From Methanocaldococcus sp. 16A (lineage in GTDB: Archaea; AGJL01; Methanococci; Methanococcales; Methanocaldococcaceae): a stretch of DNA of 64,000 bases. A program made the translations under genes and the position numbers. The stretch lies in assembly GCA_049860595.1 (NCBI GenBank), contig CP187551.1, one strand, 5' to 3'. The notes below the pieces were generated by a model. That model was not told the DNA's origin and ran no database searches. It was given only the letters and a program-made list of their open reading frames with translations. The number at the start of each line of letters is the position of its first letter. Position 1 is the first letter of the stretch. Of this stretch, positions 53,199 through 63,538 are shown in pieces.

Positions 53199-53648
53199 TT
53201 AGCAAAGTTTTTTGAGTTCTCCAGTTTCAATATCTATCAGATATCCTTCAACAGTTATGTCCTTTGGAATTGCAGGATGGTTTTTTATTATGTTTACACC
53301 TTCAATTACATTTTTCTCTTCATCGTCAATCTTGCCTAACCAACATTTGAGATTTGGAATGAAGTAAGGATTAGCCCCTCTCTCAATCATCTTCTTCTTA
53401 ATTTCTTCAACATCAATGGATTTCATTCCACAATCCGTATGCCCAACAACTAAAACCTTTTCTACACCTAAACAATAAATTGCAACAACAAGAGACCTTA
53501 TTACATCATCAGTTACTATGTTTCCTGCATTTTTGATAACTTTGGCATCTCCTCTTTTTATTCCTAATTTTTCAGATAGGAAATTTACAAGACGAGCATC
53601 CATACATGTAACTACAGCAAGCTTTTTCTTTGGTTTTGCGTTCCCCAT
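53199..53648 (-). CDS. Beta-class carbonic anhydrase (Cab/clade D-like)
   Basis: TCMDARL, KNAGN and GHTDCG zinc-ligand motifs. Confidence 0.9.
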   Translation of the reverse strand: MGNAKPKKKLAVVTCMDARLVNFLSEKLGIKRGDAKVIKNAGNIVTDDVIRSLVVAIYCLGVEKVLVVGHTDCGMKSIDVEEIKKKMIERGANPYFIPNLKCWLGKIDDEEKNVIEGVNIIKNHPAIPKDITVEGYLIDIETGELKKLC

Positions 53649-53684
53649 TTTTATCCCTCATTAGTGGATATTTAATCAATTTAA

Positions 53685-53721
53685 ATAGAACTTTTATATA
53701 TATTCCTGCGAAAGTCCTATT
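53685..53721. repeat. Internally deleted family-A element
   Basis: AATAGAACTTTT...TATTCCTGCGAAAGTCCTATT. Confidence 0.55.
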
Positions 53722-53835
53722 ATAGTTGTGTGCAAAATAAAATAAAGTTTAAAAAGGAAAATTTGAATGCCTTCCTTTTGGAAGGCATTCTTTAATTCCT
53801 TATTTTAATTAAGATACTTTTGCACACAACTATAA
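53720..53835. mobile_element. MITE-like element, family B
   Basis: Perfect 18-bp TIR TTATAGTTGTGTGCAAAA/TTTTGCACACAACTATAA and a perfect 11-bp internal hairpin GAATGCCTTCC-TTTT-GGAAGGCATTC (53765-53790). Confidence 0.8.
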
Positions 53836-54030
53836 AAAAACCTTGATACTTGATTTTAGCAAGTTTTATTTTTATCTTTTATTTTTATAAATTTTGCAAA
53901 TATTTTATTATTTAAATTAATCAATTATAGAAAAGTTTTTATAGAACTTCATAAACATAAAAAAATTAAGAACTTTAAGTAATAAAAAATGAACATAATT
54001 TGAAAATATTAGAATTGCAGAGGTGAAATA

Positions 54031-55722
54031 TTGTTCCTAAAAAAGAGACACTTAGAAATATTGAAAAAGATGAAAGAGACAGAACTGCAAAATGAGATAG
54101 AAAAAGCTCTACCAGAAGAGTTTAAAACAAGAGCTTTAGAGTTATTTATATTAGGATTTGCTGAATTAAAAGATAATAAAATAATATTTACCGAAGCTGG
54201 AAAAAGATTGATGGAAATTGTTGATAAAATTGATTTAGAAAAAATACCTGATGTGTTTGTAGATACTGAAATCATAAAAATTATGGAATTATTAGACGAA
54301 ACTGGAAATATTCCAGATGAATGGATGGTAATGTTAAAAGAGAGATTCTTAGCAGACGAGAATGGATTAACAGATATTGGAAAAGAGATTTTGAAAATAT
54401 ATAAAGAGACTCATCCAGTTGTTTATCTAACTCCTGAGATATTGGCATTTATAAAAGATATGCCAAAGATAGGGATTTATAATGAGCTAATAGCATACAA
54501 AAACACTAAAGAATATGGGGACAATATAATTAATGCACTTCAAGCTATGAGGTTGCTTTTAATCTCACCAAAAACAGAAGGTAGGGCATTTACTACAACA
54601 AAAGCTTTAAACTATGCTTTAAAAGTAGCTTCATTAGTTCCAAACTTAAATAGGGCATTGATATTGAGAAATGAAGACTTTGAAATTTTAAAGAGAGGAG
54701 AAACTACTGAAGAGATGACAGAAAGCGGTTTCTATGCTGAAGGAAAAGTTACTGAATTAGGGCAAGCTATGATGAATACCTATAAAGAAATGGGTAAAGT
54801 TGAAGAGAAAACTCTTCCTATCTATATCTTAGATGATGAAATTAAAGTTTTGAAGGCTATTGAAGAGATTAAAGAAAAGTATGAAACTAATCCAGAGATT
54901 CTTCCAACATACAATGAGATTAAAAAGAGAACAAATATTGATGATTTAGGAGCTATATTGCATACTCTTGAATCAAAAGAATTGATAAAGAGAGAAGTTA
55001 TTAAAAATAAAGATACCTATTGGATAACAGAGTTTGGAGAAAAGGTTAAGGAGCTTGGAGAAGTATCAACAGATGGAATGAAAGCTATAACCTATCCAGA
55101 AAGTGGAGATGTTCCAATTGTTGAATGGGTAATTAAAAGTAAAGAAGAGGGAACAGTAAATAGAGGAATAACAGAAAAAGGTAAATACCTAATAAAATTA
55201 TCAAAAACAATTAAAAGAAAGCCATATCTAACAAAATATGATATCTCAACTCTTATTAAGATTCCAAGAAAGAGATACATTCACAGAGATGATTTAGTTA
55301 AATTAATCCAAGACCATGTTGGTGGAGATGAGAAGGAGATTATCAAAGCTTTAAATGAGGCGGAATCAAAAGGATTTATTAAAGAGTTGCAAAATAAAAT
55401 GATTAAATTGACAGAGTTGGGGGAGAATATAAAAGATGCTATAGAGATGGCGAAGGTTCAAGAGTTATTGGCTACAAAGTTTGCAGTAACTCCAACAACA
55501 TTCAATATATTAAAAACAATCTATGAGCACAAAGAAGAGTTTGATAAGGTTTGGAAGGAGAAAAAAGAGGATGAAGTTGAGTTATTAGCCAAATATCTAT
55601 CATTAACAAAAGAAGAGATTAAAAAGAATTTGGTTATATTGAGAAATGTTGGTTTAATTGGTAAAAAAGGACTAACAGATGCTGGAGTTAAATTGGTAGA
55701 GGCATATACGAAACTTTGGTAA
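54031..55722 (+). CDS. DUF505-like protein with repeated winged-helix-like (LTE.G) units
   Basis: 563-aa ORF with a GAGGTGA RBS and recurring TEAG/TDIG/TELG/TEFG motifs. Confidence 0.7.
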   Translation: MFLKKRHLEILKKMKETELQNEIEKALPEEFKTRALELFILGFAELKDNKIIFTEAGKRLMEIVDKIDLEKIPDVFVDTEIIKIMELLDETGNIPDEWMVMLKERFLADENGLTDIGKEILKIYKETHPVVYLTPEILAFIKDMPKIGIYNELIAYKNTKEYGDNIINALQAMRLLLISPKTEGRAFTTTKALNYALKVASLVPNLNRALILRNEDFEILKRGETTEEMTESGFYAEGKVTELGQAMMNTYKEMGKVEEKTLPIYILDDEIKVLKAIEEIKEKYETNPEILPTYNEIKKRTNIDDLGAILHTLESKELIKREVIKNKDTYWITEFGEKVKELGEVSTDGMKAITYPESGDVPIVEWVIKSKEEGTVNRGITEKGKYLIKLSKTIKRKPYLTKYDISTLIKIPRKRYIHRDDLVKLIQDHVGGDEKEIIKALNEAESKGFIKELQNKMIKLTELGENIKDAIEMAKVQELLATKFAVTPTTFNILKTIYEHKEEFDKVWKEKKEDEVELLAKYLSLTKEEIKKNLVILRNVGLIGKKGLTDAGVKLVEAYTKLW

Positions 55723-55727
55723 ATTAT

Positions 55728-56753
55728 TTATTTTTTCTTCTTTTTTACAAGATTCTCTAAATAATTTAAATTCTCTTCAGTTCCAAATGCATATATTATA
55801 TCACCAGGTTTTATAACAAATTCTGGATAAGGATTTATATAAAAATCATTTCCTCTCTTTATTCCCAAAATAGTAGCTCCTGTTTTTCCCCTAATATTTG
55901 CCTGTTTTAAGTTTTTATATGCCAATTCAGAATCTTTTTCAATAACAAATTTTTTTAACTCAATATCTTCTTCATATTCATCCTTAGCTATTTTAATAAA
56001 TGTACTTAGAAAATCTAAAACTCCTGGTCTGACAGAAACTTCAGCCATTCTTAATCCTCCAATTAAATATGGCGACACTACTCTATTAGCCCCTGCTATT
56101 TTTAATTTTCTTATAGCTTCTTTCTCATCCGCTTTAGCAGTAATTAAAATATTTGGATTTAATTCTCTTGCAGTTAATGTAACAAACACATTATCAGCAT
56201 CACTTGGTAAAGTGGCAATTAATCCCTTTGCCTTATCAATTTTTGCTTTTTTCAGCACTTCATCTTTTTTAGCATCCCCCACTATGTATAAAAACTTATC
56301 TGGATATTTTTCATACTCTTCCTTTAAAATATCTTCATTAATATCTATAGCTATAAACGGCACACCTTCTTGAATAAATTTCTCCCCCACAACTCTCCCC
56401 AATCTTCCATACCCACAAATAATATAATGGTCTTTTAGAGTTTTAATTTTGTTTTTCATCTTTTTCAACCTCATAATCTCTTCAAATTTACCTTCAACAA
56501 TAAACTCCGCTATTAAGCTAAAAAGATACATCACTATACCGACACCAATACATAAGTAAATTACAGTTAATGCCCTCCCTATAAACGTTTTTGGAGTAAA
56601 ATCTCCATAACCTGTTGTTGTTATTGTAATAACACTAAAGTATAATGCAGTGAAGTAATCAACTCCTTCAATTATACTTATTAAATAGGCATAAGTCAAA
56701 ATTAATGTAATAGAAAGAACTACAACAATTACTACCTTTTTTGACGTCTCCAT
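55728..56753 (-). CDS. RCK-gated potassium channel
   Basis: TTTGYGD filter, GYGRLG RCK-N motif and TrkA-C domain. Confidence 0.95.
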   Translation of the reverse strand: METSKKVVIVVVLSITLILTYAYLISIIEGVDYFTALYFSVITITTTGYGDFTPKTFIGRALTVIYLCIGVGIVMYLFSLIAEFIVEGKFEEIMRLKKMKNKIKTLKDHYIICGYGRLGRVVGEKFIQEGVPFIAIDINEDILKEEYEKYPDKFLYIVGDAKKDEVLKKAKIDKAKGLIATLPSDADNVFVTLTARELNPNILITAKADEKEAIRKLKIAGANRVVSPYLIGGLRMAEVSVRPGVLDFLSTFIKIAKDEYEEDIELKKFVIEKDSELAYKNLKQANIRGKTGATILGIKRGNDFYINPYPEFVIKPGDIIYAFGTEENLNYLENLVKKKKK

Positions 56754-56803
56754 GGTTTCACAATAATTACTTTATTTAAATTTATATTGAATTATATAAT
56801 TTA

Positions 56804-59224
56804 TTATGGATTTTCTATTTTTTCTTTTAGTTCATTAACTTTTTCAGCATATTTCTTATTAAATATTCTTGCAATTCTCTCTATAGCATCTAAGAGGTTT
56901 AATAACTGTTCTAAGTAATAGTAGATGTCTCCTGAATATGTTTGAATTTTAAACTCTTCATATAATGTTTTTGAAATTTGCCCTGGAGTTTTTCCTGAAA
57001 TTCTTAGATTAATAATCATCTCTAAAATTTTTTCCTCAACTTCAACTCCTTCAAATTCCATAATAATTATTGTTAATTCATCTTTTAATTTTTTGTCCCT
57101 AATTTTTTCCATCCCCTCCCTAATAACTTCCAAAGCATCAAAGAACCTTGAAGGGACATTTATATTCAAAATTTTTGAAAGCTTTATTTTTAAATTGTTT
57201 GAAAGATAAACGTTTTCAAATGGCATAATCTCCGTGATTAATTTAATGATGTGTTTATTTTCAGCAATTCCTTCTCTAATTTTTTCAGCAATCTTTGGAT
57301 ATAAAAATGAGATTGCAACAGCCTTTCCATAATTTGTTAATTTCACATCATTATTAACTTTTATCATTCCGTAACTCTCCAAATTCCCTAAAATTTTGTT
57401 TAAAGAAAATGCCCTTCCAATATATGGAACTCTATCTATATCATTCCTATTAGTTATTCCAGCTGAGATTGTTGCCAATATCTGCTCTTCTTCTTCATCT
57501 TCGCTATACTCAACCTTAACATCTTCAGGAACTGCATTCAATAATTTAAAAGCAATTTCATCCTCAGTATTTTCCATCTTTGCATGATACTTCTTTCCTA
57601 TTTCTACCAAAAGATAAACTTTTCCAATTTCATGCATGCCCTTTCTTCCAGCCCTTCCACACATTTGCTGGAATTCAGCAGGAGTTAGCCAATCTCCCCC
57701 CATTGCTAAGCTTTCCAAAATAACAGTAGATGCTGGAAAATCTACTCCTGCAGATAACGCTGCAGTTGTAACAACACACTGAATTTTTTGATTTGCAAAA
57801 TCATCTTCAACTTTCCTCCTCCTTATATATTCCATTCCTCCATGGTAAAATTCTGCTTTAATCCCCTTAGATTTCAAAGCTTTAGCTAAATGCTCTGCTC
57901 TCTTTCTTGAGTAAGTGAAAATTAAGCACTGCCCCCTATATCCAAATTTTGAAATACTCTGCCACTCTCTTTTAACAATTTCTTTGATAATATTTAGCTT
58001 AGCAAAGTCATTTTTACAAAATATAAGATGTCTCTCTAAAGGAACAGGTCTTCCATTGTATAAAACTAATTTAGCATTTAATTGCTTAGCCAACTCCTTT
58101 GGATTTCCAATTGTTGCTGATAAATATATTTTTTGAGCATCTTTAAATAAAAATCTTAACCTACCAATTAAACCATCTAATCTGGCTCCTCTTTCCTCTA
58201 AATTTAAAGAGTGGATTTCATCAATAACGACAGTTCCAATATCTTTTAATCTTTTAGTCCTAATTAAATAATCAATCCCTTCGTAAGTCCCAACTATAAT
58301 ATCAGCATCTAATGATGTCTCAACATCACATTTCTTTCCAATTCTTCCCAATCCTACTCTTAAACTAACTTTTAAACCCAATTTTTCATATCTTTCTTTA
58401 AATTCTAAGTATTTTTGATTAGCTAAAGCCACTAAAGGAACTAAAAATAGAAATTTTCCTTTTCCTTCAATTAAATTTTTAATTCCTGCTAATTCCCCAA
58501 TTAAAGTTTTTCCTGAAGAAGTTGCTGAGACAATTAATAAATTCTCTCCTTTTAATAAACCCGCTTTAACAGCCAACGTTTGTACTGGCAAAAGCTCATA
58601 AATATTTCTACTTTTTATTAGCTCTTTAAGTTTTTCTGGGATATCTAACTCGTCTATTTTATAATTTTCAATTTTGTCCTCTTCACTACCAGTTATAATA
58701 TCATATCTTGTCAATTCTGGGTTATCTAATGGATTTCTTATTCTTAACAAAGATAAAACTTTATCAACATCTTTAAATTTTTTTAAAAATTTTTCTATAA
58801 ATTCCTCATTAAGTTTAACTTCTTCTTTAATTTCATTAACCCCACAACTTATACAGATTTCTAAATTTCCATACCTACATCTATTATTTCTTGTTAATCT
58901 TTTGTAAATATTTTTTAATAAGCAAAATGGACAAAGTTCTATGTAATCAAACTTTAAATTGTATGATTTTAAAACATCTTCTACTTCTTCATTTTCTTTT
59001 AATATGAATATTTTGTCAGATTTTAATATATCTAAAACCTTAGATGGCTGAATTAACTTATCACCAACTCTACACCTATATAGCTTGTATTTATCACCAA
59101 CTTTTTTATAGTTGGCAAATATTTTTTGGTTATTCTTAATCTCTATTCCATCTTCTATTTTTCCTTCAACCTTAACTATTTCAATCTCATCCTTCTTCTT
59201 TTTTGGCTTCCTAACGATAAGCAT
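56804..59224 (-). CDS. SF2 DEAD/DEAH-box (Ski2-like) helicase with N-terminal Cys motifs
   Basis: ATSSGKT, DEIH, SAT, YHGG and QMCGRAGR motifs; CPFC...CISC. Confidence 0.93.
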   Translation of the reverse strand: MLIVRKPKKKKDEIEIVKVEGKIEDGIEIKNNQKIFANYKKVGDKYKLYRCRVGDKLIQPSKVLDILKSDKIFILKENEEVEDVLKSYNLKFDYIELCPFCLLKNIYKRLTRNNRCRYGNLEICISCGVNEIKEEVKLNEEFIEKFLKKFKDVDKVLSLLRIRNPLDNPELTRYDIITGSEEDKIENYKIDELDIPEKLKELIKSRNIYELLPVQTLAVKAGLLKGENLLIVSATSSGKTLIGELAGIKNLIEGKGKFLFLVPLVALANQKYLEFKERYEKLGLKVSLRVGLGRIGKKCDVETSLDADIIVGTYEGIDYLIRTKRLKDIGTVVIDEIHSLNLEERGARLDGLIGRLRFLFKDAQKIYLSATIGNPKELAKQLNAKLVLYNGRPVPLERHLIFCKNDFAKLNIIKEIVKREWQSISKFGYRGQCLIFTYSRKRAEHLAKALKSKGIKAEFYHGGMEYIRRRKVEDDFANQKIQCVVTTAALSAGVDFPASTVILESLAMGGDWLTPAEFQQMCGRAGRKGMHEIGKVYLLVEIGKKYHAKMENTEDEIAFKLLNAVPEDVKVEYSEDEEEEQILATISAGITNRNDIDRVPYIGRAFSLNKILGNLESYGMIKVNNDVKLTNYGKAVAISFLYPKIAEKIREGIAENKHIIKLITEIMPFENVYLSNNLKIKLSKILNINVPSRFFDALEVIREGMEKIRDKKLKDELTIIIMEFEGVEVEEKILEMIINLRISGKTPGQISKTLYEEFKIQTYSGDIYYYLEQLLNLLDAIERIARIFNKKYAEKVNELKEKIENP

Positions 59225-59284
59225 TATAAACCACCATTTGTAAAAATATTAATTACATTAATAAAACCTTATTTATGTGATAAA

Positions 59285-59476
59285 ATGATATTTATAAAAT
59301 CTAATAAAGGACAGATATCTCTCGAGTTCTCTATGATTGTTATGGTAGTTATACTTTCGGCATTGATAGTTGGATATTATTTAATATCAACAGCCATTGA
59401 AACGAAAAAAGCTAATGTAGAGATTATAAATCATAGTTCTAATGTGGCAGAGGAAGCTTTAAGTAAAGTATCATAG
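59285..59476 (+). CDS. Small class III signal peptide (pilin-like) protein
   Basis: MIFIKSNKG/QISLEF followed by a hydrophobic helix; ATG at 59285 after GTGA. Confidence 0.85.
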   Translation: MIFIKSNKGQISLEFSMIVMVVILSALIVGYYLISTAIETKKANVEIINHSSNVAEEALSKVS

Positions 59477-59640
59477 ATTTATAGTTTTATGCAAAAGTAT
59501 TTAGAAATGAATTAGTATATATGATTTTCACACTTTATATTATCGAATAAGGAAAAAATAATGCCAAAGGCATCAAATAACGGTCTGAATGCATTATTAA
59601 ACATATACTAAGGTACTTTGAAGCCATGGGATTCATATCT

Positions 59641-59745
59641 TGGGACTTTTGCAATTTATATTTCATTTATTTATATTTCATTTAAGGTATTTATGATACT
59701 AAAAGCATCAAAGTTCATTATTACTTTTTCCTGCGAAAGTCCCTA
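59641..59745. mobile_element. MITE-like element, family A (degenerate)
   Basis: GGGACTTTTGCA...CTGCGAAAGTCCC ends with an internal GATACTAAAAGCATC hairpin variant. Degraded ends of both families lie at about 59480-59575. Confidence 0.65.
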
Positions 59746-59790
59746 TAGTAAGATAATTTATTACTATTTAAAACTTTACAAGGGAAGAAT

Positions 59791-60384
59791 ATGCTACTAA
59801 TAGGTATTACAGGAATGCCTGGTGCTGGAAAAAGTGCAATAAATGAAGTAGCAAAAAAATATAATCTGCCAGTAGTTTCTATGGGAGACGTTGTTAGGTA
59901 TGAAACAAAAAAAAGGGGTTTAGAGTTAAATCCTGAAAATGTTGGAAATACTGCTATAAAGTTGAGGGAAGAATTTGGAAATGAAGCAATTGCAGTAGCA
60001 TGTCTAAGATATATAGAGGAAAATTTAAAAGATAAGGATGTGGTTATTGTTGAGGGTATAAGAAGTTTATATGAAGTAAATTATTTTAGAAAACATAAAC
60101 CATTGGTTTTAATAGCTATCCATTCCTCTCCATTAACAAGATTTGAGAGGTTGAAGAGAAGAGGAAGAGAAGACGATTCAACAAATTGGGAGGTGTTTGT
60201 AGAGAGGGACTTAAGGGAATTAGGATTTAGTATTGGCCATGCTATTGCGTTGGCTGATTTTGTTGTAATAAATGAAGGTAGTTTTGAGGATTGTATAAAC
60301 CAGTTGGATAATATTTTAAATGAAATTTTAAATAATTTAGAAAAATACAAAAAATATGATTTCATTTATGAAATTCTAAAATAG
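59791..60384 (+). CDS. P-loop NMP kinase/dephospho-CoA kinase-like protein (UPF0200)
   Basis: [19 protein letters not shown] and R.REDD motifs. Confidence 0.85.
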   Translation: MLLIGITGMPGAGKSAINEVAKKYNLPVVSMGDVVRYETKKRGLELNPENVGNTAIKLREEFGNEAIAVACLRYIEENLKDKDVVIVEGIRSLYEVNYFRKHKPLVLIAIHSSPLTRFERLKRRGREDDSTNWEVFVERDLRELGFSIGHAIALADFVVINEGSFEDCINQLDNILNEILNNLEKYKKYDFIYEILK

Positions 60385-61519
60385 ATTCATCTATATAATA
60401 TATGATTCTATTTTTCTCTTCTTTATGTTTTACAATTCCAAGAGTCTCTAATTTTCTTAAATTGTATCTTACAGTTTCAACATTAAGGTTTAAGTCTTCA
60501 GCTATTTTTCTTATATGTGCAGGATTTTTTAATAGATATTCAAATATTCTTTTTTGTGTTTCATTTAAAAATAATAAAGGTATATCTCTCATATTCATAT
60601 TTGCAGGATAGTAGATTAATCTATTTCTAAATTTTTTACTTTTAATTAGTTTAGCCTTCTCTAAGATTCTTAAATGCCAAATAAGTGTTGAAACAGGTTT
60701 ATTTAAGTTTTTAGATATTTCTCTCAAATAAGTTCCTGGATTATCCGATATATACTTATAAATTTCCTTTCTTGTATCATTTAAGAGAACTTCCTTTTCA
60801 TCGAAGGTATTTAAACGGAATATAATAAACGCTTTTATTGATGCTAATTTGGATAGTAATCCCAAATATTTCTTTTTTAGAGTTTCTTGAAAAGTTATTA
60901 TTAAGGATATAAAGGATAAAAAAACAAACAAGAGTATATAAGGTAGGGGATTTGATGTCTTCTTAACTATATGGATATATATAAGATTAGCTAAAACTTC
61001 CTCATTTGGTTTAAAACCAACATATATTTTGTTGTTTATCTTTACTGCTGCAGGCATTCCGTTTTTGTATCTTGCTATAATCTCTCCTTTTTCAGGTAGT
61101 ATATATAAAGCTTCAACATTTGATTTCTTTAATCTAAGTGGATCATTTATCCATAAAATCGTTTTATTCCCATAAAATTTTTTTGAACCATTTATTGGTG
61201 CAAAAATAATTGCCATTTTATCTGTATTTACATCTGTACTTGTAACAATTAAATTATACGATTTATTATTTAATTTAAATTTTAGTTGTTTGATTAAAGG
61301 AGATATATTTTTATCAGATTTTATATATGGAGGAATAATTACAAACTCCTTTTTTTCTCCAATATAAAAATAAGGAATGTCATTTTCATAGGAAAGATAG
61401 ATTGAAGTATTATAAATATATTTATTAACATTCTCCAAGCTAATATTAAAAACATGAGCTGCATTATCAATATTCACCAAAAATACTAAAATCATAACCA
61501 ACAAAACAATTTTTTTCAT
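60362..61519 (-). CDS. Membrane-anchored tandem winged-HTH regulator with extracellular domain
   Basis: Signal peptide MKKIVLLV..., TM helix [19 protein letters not shown], then two ArsR/MarR-like wHTH domains (TRKEIY...HLRILEK; TQKRIF...NLRKLE). Confidence 0.8.
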   Translation of the reverse strand: MKKIVLLVMILVFLVNIDNAAHVFNISLENVNKYIYNTSIYLSYENDIPYFYIGEKKEFVIIPPYIKSDKNISPLIKQLKFKLNNKSYNLIVTSTDVNTDKMAIIFAPINGSKKFYGNKTILWINDPLRLKKSNVEALYILPEKGEIIARYKNGMPAAVKINNKIYVGFKPNEEVLANLIYIHIVKKTSNPLPYILLFVFLSFISLIITFQETLKKKYLGLLSKLASIKAFIIFRLNTFDEKEVLLNDTRKEIYKYISDNPGTYLREISKNLNKPVSTLIWHLRILEKAKLIKSKKFRNRLIYYPANMNMRDIPLLFLNETQKRIFEYLLKNPAHIRKIAEDLNLNVETVRYNLRKLETLGIVKHKEEKNRIIYYIDESILEFHK

Positions 61520-61523
61520 TATT

Positions 61524-61769
61524 TCACTCAATAACTATTGGTGGAACATGAACAATTAGATATATCCCTACAGACAAAAAAACTAATGAAATTAACAATA
61601 ACATCAATCCAATGTTTATATCTATTTCAAACATGCCAACAAATATAAGTATTGACGCTTCAGACAATATTATAGCCATGGAAACCAAAAATGAGCCAAT
61701 GAGTGTTCTCTTTTTTCTAATTTTTCTAATCGTTTTTAATCTTTCTATAATTTCTTCATCACTCGTCAT
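61524..61769 (-). CDS. Small two-TM membrane protein
   Basis: Basic N-terminus and two hydrophobic helices; tightly packed between its neighbours. Confidence 0.75.
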   Translation of the reverse strand: MTSDEEIIERLKTIRKIRKKRTLIGSFLVSMAIILSEASILIFVGMFEIDINIGLMLLLISLVFLSVGIYLIVHVPPIVIE

Positions 61770-63260
61770 TTAGTTCACCTCATTAAAAAAGTATGCTTCA
61801 AGACCTATTTTAAGAGCTAGTCTATAAGCTTTTTTATCACTCAAAAATATCCTACCTCCATATTTAACACCTAAAATCATAGCTTTAGCTGAATTTATTG
61901 GAATATCGTAAATATCATGTAAATCTTTTGCGACTTCATTTTCTGTATCAGTAAGTTGAATAACAGATATCCCTCCAGGTAATATTTTTCCAAGTTCACA
62001 ACCTTCTGGAACATATATTGTACTATGTAATATTTTAAGTTCATCAATAGTAAAAATCCCTTTATCAGCTATATCTGGGGATCTTCTAAACAGTGGAGGA
62101 ATAAACATTAAAGTTAATGTAGTAGTTGTAGTTACTGTAGCAACAGCCACTTTTTTTATTTTTTCTTTTTTTTCTTCTTCAATAATTACTGGGAATTCTC
62201 TACTTTCTTGTTTATATCCTTCACTTTTATGTATTTCTTCTTTGTTTGATGTAGTTTTTTCTTTACCTTCTTTTTGTCTTTGTTCTCCAGTTTTATATGA
62301 AGTTCTCTTTCCACTTTTTGTTACTACTTCATTTTTTAATATTGCCTCTTTATTATTTCCCTCAATTTTTTTTCTGTATGCTATATTAAAATTTACATCT
62401 TTTACTTTTGCTATACCAATAATGTATGAGTTCCCTACTTTAAGTGCAGGCTTTATTTTTATATTCTTATAAATATCTCTACAAGCATAGAATTTTAGAT
62501 AAAAAATGGGGACATGATCTGAGACAATTTTAAATGACTGTGTAATATTTTCGTTAGGATTTAAAGTGTATGAATAATTCCCAAAATTAATTTTTTTATT
62601 ATTTACATTAGCCCAATAACTAACATTTACATTTAAAGATACATTTTTGTCATTTTTTATAATATAAATAGCAGTCCATTCAATTGAACCATTACTTAAA
62701 ATTCTACTTGACTTTATTATAGAAAATGGTATAGACAAGGAGTATCTTATTTTAACTCTTGTAGGTACCTCAAAACTTATGTTATGTTCTCCAAAATATA
62801 AGGTATTTGAATTTTGTATTTTTGATAGTGTTACTACTCTATAAGAGTTAGCTGGAACTAAAATTGACATATTTTTAATATTAAATCCCTCTGGAAATGA
62901 AACATTAAATAAAATATCTTGGGAGTAATTATTTGTTATTTTATAATATACTTCCCATTCGTCTTCATTAATTTTATTTGCAAATATAGTTACAGATATG
63001 TTAAATTTTTGGGGAGATAAATCAATAGTTATATTTTTTGGATATGAAAGATAAGTAGTAGTATTTCTATAAAATATATAAATACTAAAAGATTCTGAGT
63101 TTTCGTAATCTACATACAATTTAGATATATCAATAGTTTGTGTACCGTTTGGATAAAATACTACATCCCTATACTCATATATCTCCCCAAAACTTAAAGA
63201 GAATATTGCAAAAAATATTATTGGAAGTATTAAATATACTGGCTTCATATTCTCAAACAT
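61770..63260 (-). CDS. Surface protein with beta-rich extracellular domains, charged linker, putative TM and PIN-like C-terminal domain
   Basis: Signal peptide, many N-x-S/T sequons, K/E-rich linker, VAVATVTTTTTLTLMFIPPLF, then DIADKG...IYVPEG...SAKAMILG...LSDKKAYRLA..IGL. Confidence 0.65.
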   Translation of the reverse strand: MFENMKPVYLILPIIFFAIFSLSFGEIYEYRDVVFYPNGTQTIDISKLYVDYENSESFSIYIFYRNTTTYLSYPKNITIDLSPQKFNISVTIFANKINEDEWEVYYKITNNYSQDILFNVSFPEGFNIKNMSILVPANSYRVVTLSKIQNSNTLYFGEHNISFEVPTRVKIRYSLSIPFSIIKSSRILSNGSIEWTAIYIIKNDKNVSLNVNVSYWANVNNKKINFGNYSYTLNPNENITQSFKIVSDHVPIFYLKFYACRDIYKNIKIKPALKVGNSYIIGIAKVKDVNFNIAYRKKIEGNNKEAILKNEVVTKSGKRTSYKTGEQRQKEGKEKTTSNKEEIHKSEGYKQESREFPVIIEEEKKEKIKKVAVATVTTTTTLTLMFIPPLFRRSPDIADKGIFTIDELKILHSTIYVPEGCELGKILPGGISVIQLTDTENEVAKDLHDIYDIPINSAKAMILGVKYGGRIFLSDKKAYRLALKIGLEAYFFNEVN

Positions 63261-63384
63261 GATTTTTATTATAGTTATTTTAAAATTATTTTAAATAAAG
63301 TAACATTAAAGTATTTAAAATTTATAAAACAATTTTTAGACATTTTCTGTACCTAACATTTAATTATACATTTATATAAGTTTA

Positions 63385-63473
63385 ATAGGACTTTTACATT
63401 TTATATTTTTAGAGTAGTTGAATTCTTTTAGGCTTCAAAATGCTTTGAAAATTTATTCCTGCAAAAGTCCTAT
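63385..63473. mobile_element. MITE-like element, family A (degenerate)
   Basis: ATAGGACTTTTACA...TTTATTCCTGCAAAAGTCCTAT. Confidence 0.7.
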
Positions 63474-63538
63474 GTTAATAGCATATCATTAAAATCTACC
63501 GTATATATATTGACTGAGGATGTGAAATTAGTAAATTA

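Noticed and set aside
59575-59595. AACGGTCTGA resembles part of the Methanocaldococcus CRISPR repeat
   Set aside because: Single 10-nt match with no regularly spaced repeats and no cas genes in the window.
59618-59800. 60-aa ORF
   Set aside because: It runs through a MITE-like repeat and has no recognisable RBS or motif.
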